From contig NC_068982.1 in the NCBI RefSeq assembly GCF_001194135.2, positions 74,694,610 through 74,758,609 of the forward strand: 64,000 bases of DNA, in the 5' to 3' direction. Source of the DNA: Octopus bimaculoides. Lineage: Eukaryota. A program made the translations under genes and the position numbers. The notes below the pieces were generated by a model. The model saw only the letters and a program-made list of their open reading frames with translations, had not been told where the DNA came from and searched no databases. Below, piece after piece: positions 61,901 through 64,000 of the stretch (its first letter is position 1; each line of letters opens with the position of its first letter).

Positions 61901-62304
61901 GAAATAAAAAAAAATAAGGAGCCGCGGATCAGCTGCAATTGACCAGAACTCTAAAGAAAGCCTTCAATCTATAACCATATGTCATTTTGCATATCTGCAA
62001 CTATATTCTTTAATGTATCCTTCTTTCGGAAGGCATATATCTTTAAACGTCTGATAGGATGGACTTCTCCTGCATACGCACGAAGCTTTAATGTGGAGCT
62101 GAATCAAACTGTTATTAAATATACATGCAACTCCAACCAAATGTGCTGAGTGATACTTGTATGTGTGTGTGTGTGTGTATACACATACTTGGAAATGGAT
62201 GCCTGGCATTCAATTAAATAATATGTGTGTGTATGCATATATGGGTACAGGACGTCATCAACTGTGTAAACATGAAATACATAGATAAACGAGTTAAATA
62301 CGTA

Positions 62305-63365
62305 AACCACGAGAGAAAAAAAAATAGAAAACAGGACAAGTAAACGCAGAGAAACGACCCTTCATCAGTAGTCAGCTGTGTATTTACTCCTTATTTCGAG
62401 CATTCAACGACAATATGAGTCTTCAAAGACAGTTGCCCCCGAATTCTCCTGCACCATTTCCAACACTTCCGTCGACATTTCGGTCAACACACACAACTCC
62501 ATTCTCACTACTTCCATCCACTACAAATACACCGACTCACACTCATACCTCAACTTCTCCTCCTCCCACCCTACCCACACCAAGCTCTCTATCTCCTACT
62601 CAGTTCTTCCGTCTGTGCAAGCTCTGCAGTGACAACCATAACTCTGAGTTTCAACTCATAGCTCGCCACTACATCCTTCGTGGATATCCCCTCACCACTA
62701 TCCATACCGCCCTTGCCAGAGCACGTTCCGTGTGGCGTGCCTCTGCTCTACCTCCCCACGCACCCCTCGCCGTTACTCGTCCCCCATTTCCCCTCATTAC
62801 AACGCCTCCAACGCACCATTCTCCGAGCCTTCCGGCGACTCCAGTCCGACCCCTCCACTTCACACATCTACCCCCAACCTACTCCTCCCCTCCTTCAAAC
62901 GAGCCCACAACCTACGTGACCACCTAGTCCACAGTTTCTTCCCTAACCCCACCTCCCAACCTGGCTCGTTCACCTGCTCCCGTCCACGGTGCTGCACTTG
63001 CCTCTACCTCTCCAACACTACCATCCTCACAGGCACCCATCATCGTCCCTATCATATCACTGACTCCTTTACCTGCATTTCTAGTAACGTCATTTACTGC
63101 ATCTCCTGCTCTTTCTGTCCTTTTCTGTACATCGGTCAAACGGGACGCCGCTTGGCTGACTGGTTTGCGGAGAACCTCCGAGACATTAGACTCGGCAACG
63201 ACATCCCGGTCTCGCGCCATTTCCGCTTTACCGGTCATTCATTACAACACCTGTCTGTTCGAATTGCCTTTGCACTGGAGCCATCCGGACTCCCGCCTTC
63301 GCCGTGAACAGGGATTAATCTTTTCTCTTCACTCCTTTGCACCATATGCTCTTCATTGCTGTTAC
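62305..63365 (+). mobile_element. Penelope-like retroelement (Neptune-like), 5'-truncated and frameshifted
   Basis: Successive frames give SIHYKYTDSHSYLNFSSSHP, QFFRLCKLCS...RGYP, SLQRLQRTIL..., FKRAHNLRDHLVHS, a Cys linker CSRPRCCTC and GIY-YIG-type NVIYCISCSFCPFLYIGQTGRRL...PVSRHF. Confidence 0.9.
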
Positions 63366-63370
63366 GTTTC

Positions 63371-63978
63371 ACGAATGAACCTTTTTAGGACCGAATAGTG
63401 ACTGGTGACGAAAAATGGGCTCTCTATAAAAATGTCAAGCGCTGAAGTGGGTAGGGAAAGGAGAAACACTGGTACCCCAGGCTAAAGAAGGTTTTCACCC
63501 ACGTAAAGTGTTGTTATCTGTTTGGTGGGATACGAAAAGTTTAGTCCACTTTGAACTTTTAAACCCAAACCAAACGACTACAAAGAAGAACTAGTGCGAG
63601 CAGTTTAAGGAGTAGCTTAAGTCAGTGCTTGAAGAAAAACAACCATCTTTGGTTTCAAGACGAACAGTGTTGTTCCATCAGGATAATGCTTGGCCACATA
63701 CAGCGAGGATGACATTCCAAAAGCTGAAGCAGTTTGAATGGGAAATGATGCCCCACTCACCATATTCGCCAGACATTGCCCCATCTGATTATCATTTATT
63801 CTGCAGTCTTCAAAGTCATTTGGACAAAAAAAATATGAATTCTGTAGACGAGGTCAGAACAGTACTGGAGGAGTATTTTTCGTCACAGACAAGTGAATTT
63901 TGAAAGAGGGGCCTTGCAAGCCTACCAGATAGATGGAAGAGCATTGTAGAAAATGAAGGAGAGTATATTTTGAATTAA
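63371..63978 (+). mobile_element. Mariner DD34D transposase catalytic half (pseudogene)
   Basis: EPF*DRIVTGDEKW, FHQDNAWPH and YSPDIAPSDYHLF are present, with 34 residues between the 2nd and 3rd Asp. Several stops and a frameshift; it ends ENEGEYILN*. Confidence 0.93.
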
Positions 63979-64000
63979 AAAAGAACTTTGTCTTAATTTT

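Overview
AT-rich, microsatellite- and SINE-dense animal DNA from a gapped assembly (7 N-runs). The repeat landscape looks like an octopus or other coleoid cephalopod (inference from repeat style, not verified). One host gene is supported: a + strand GATAD2/p66 (NuRD subunit) orthologue. Its coding exons are 41032-41324, 43486-43686 and 50935-52573. Both introns are GT-AG and phase 2, and the joined ORF is 2133 nt (710 aa). It carries the CR1 coiled coil, the CR2 region with a GATA-type Cys4 finger, a PVDLS motif, a SIM-like motif, several psi-K-x-E sites, Q17 and two PPPLV motifs. The rest is intron or intergenic DNA filled with at least four tRNA-headed SINE types, a TTAA-flanked piggyBac-type MITE family (about 12 copies, one with a nested insertion), Tc1 and hAT MITEs, and decayed maT, mariner, RTE, CR1-like, R4/Dong and Penelope fragments. 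Best second-look items: (1) a hammerhead-ribozyme-shaped fold with a variant core on the minus strand at 8208-8276; (2) a sharp change from CpG-eroded to CpG-retaining copies of the same repeats at about 57-59 kb, read as a fossil gene-body-methylation boundary; (3) an AATAAA created by CpG decay in a SINE right at that boundary; (4) a head-to-tail SINE cluster in (ATT)n next to an R4/Dong fragment; (5) inverted SINEs bracketing the first two coding exons. No CRISPR array, rRNA or true tRNA gene is supported, and I found nothing I can show to be a wholly new biological system. Repeat coordinates are by eye (about +/-20 bp). Family assignments rest on remembered motifs, not database searches.
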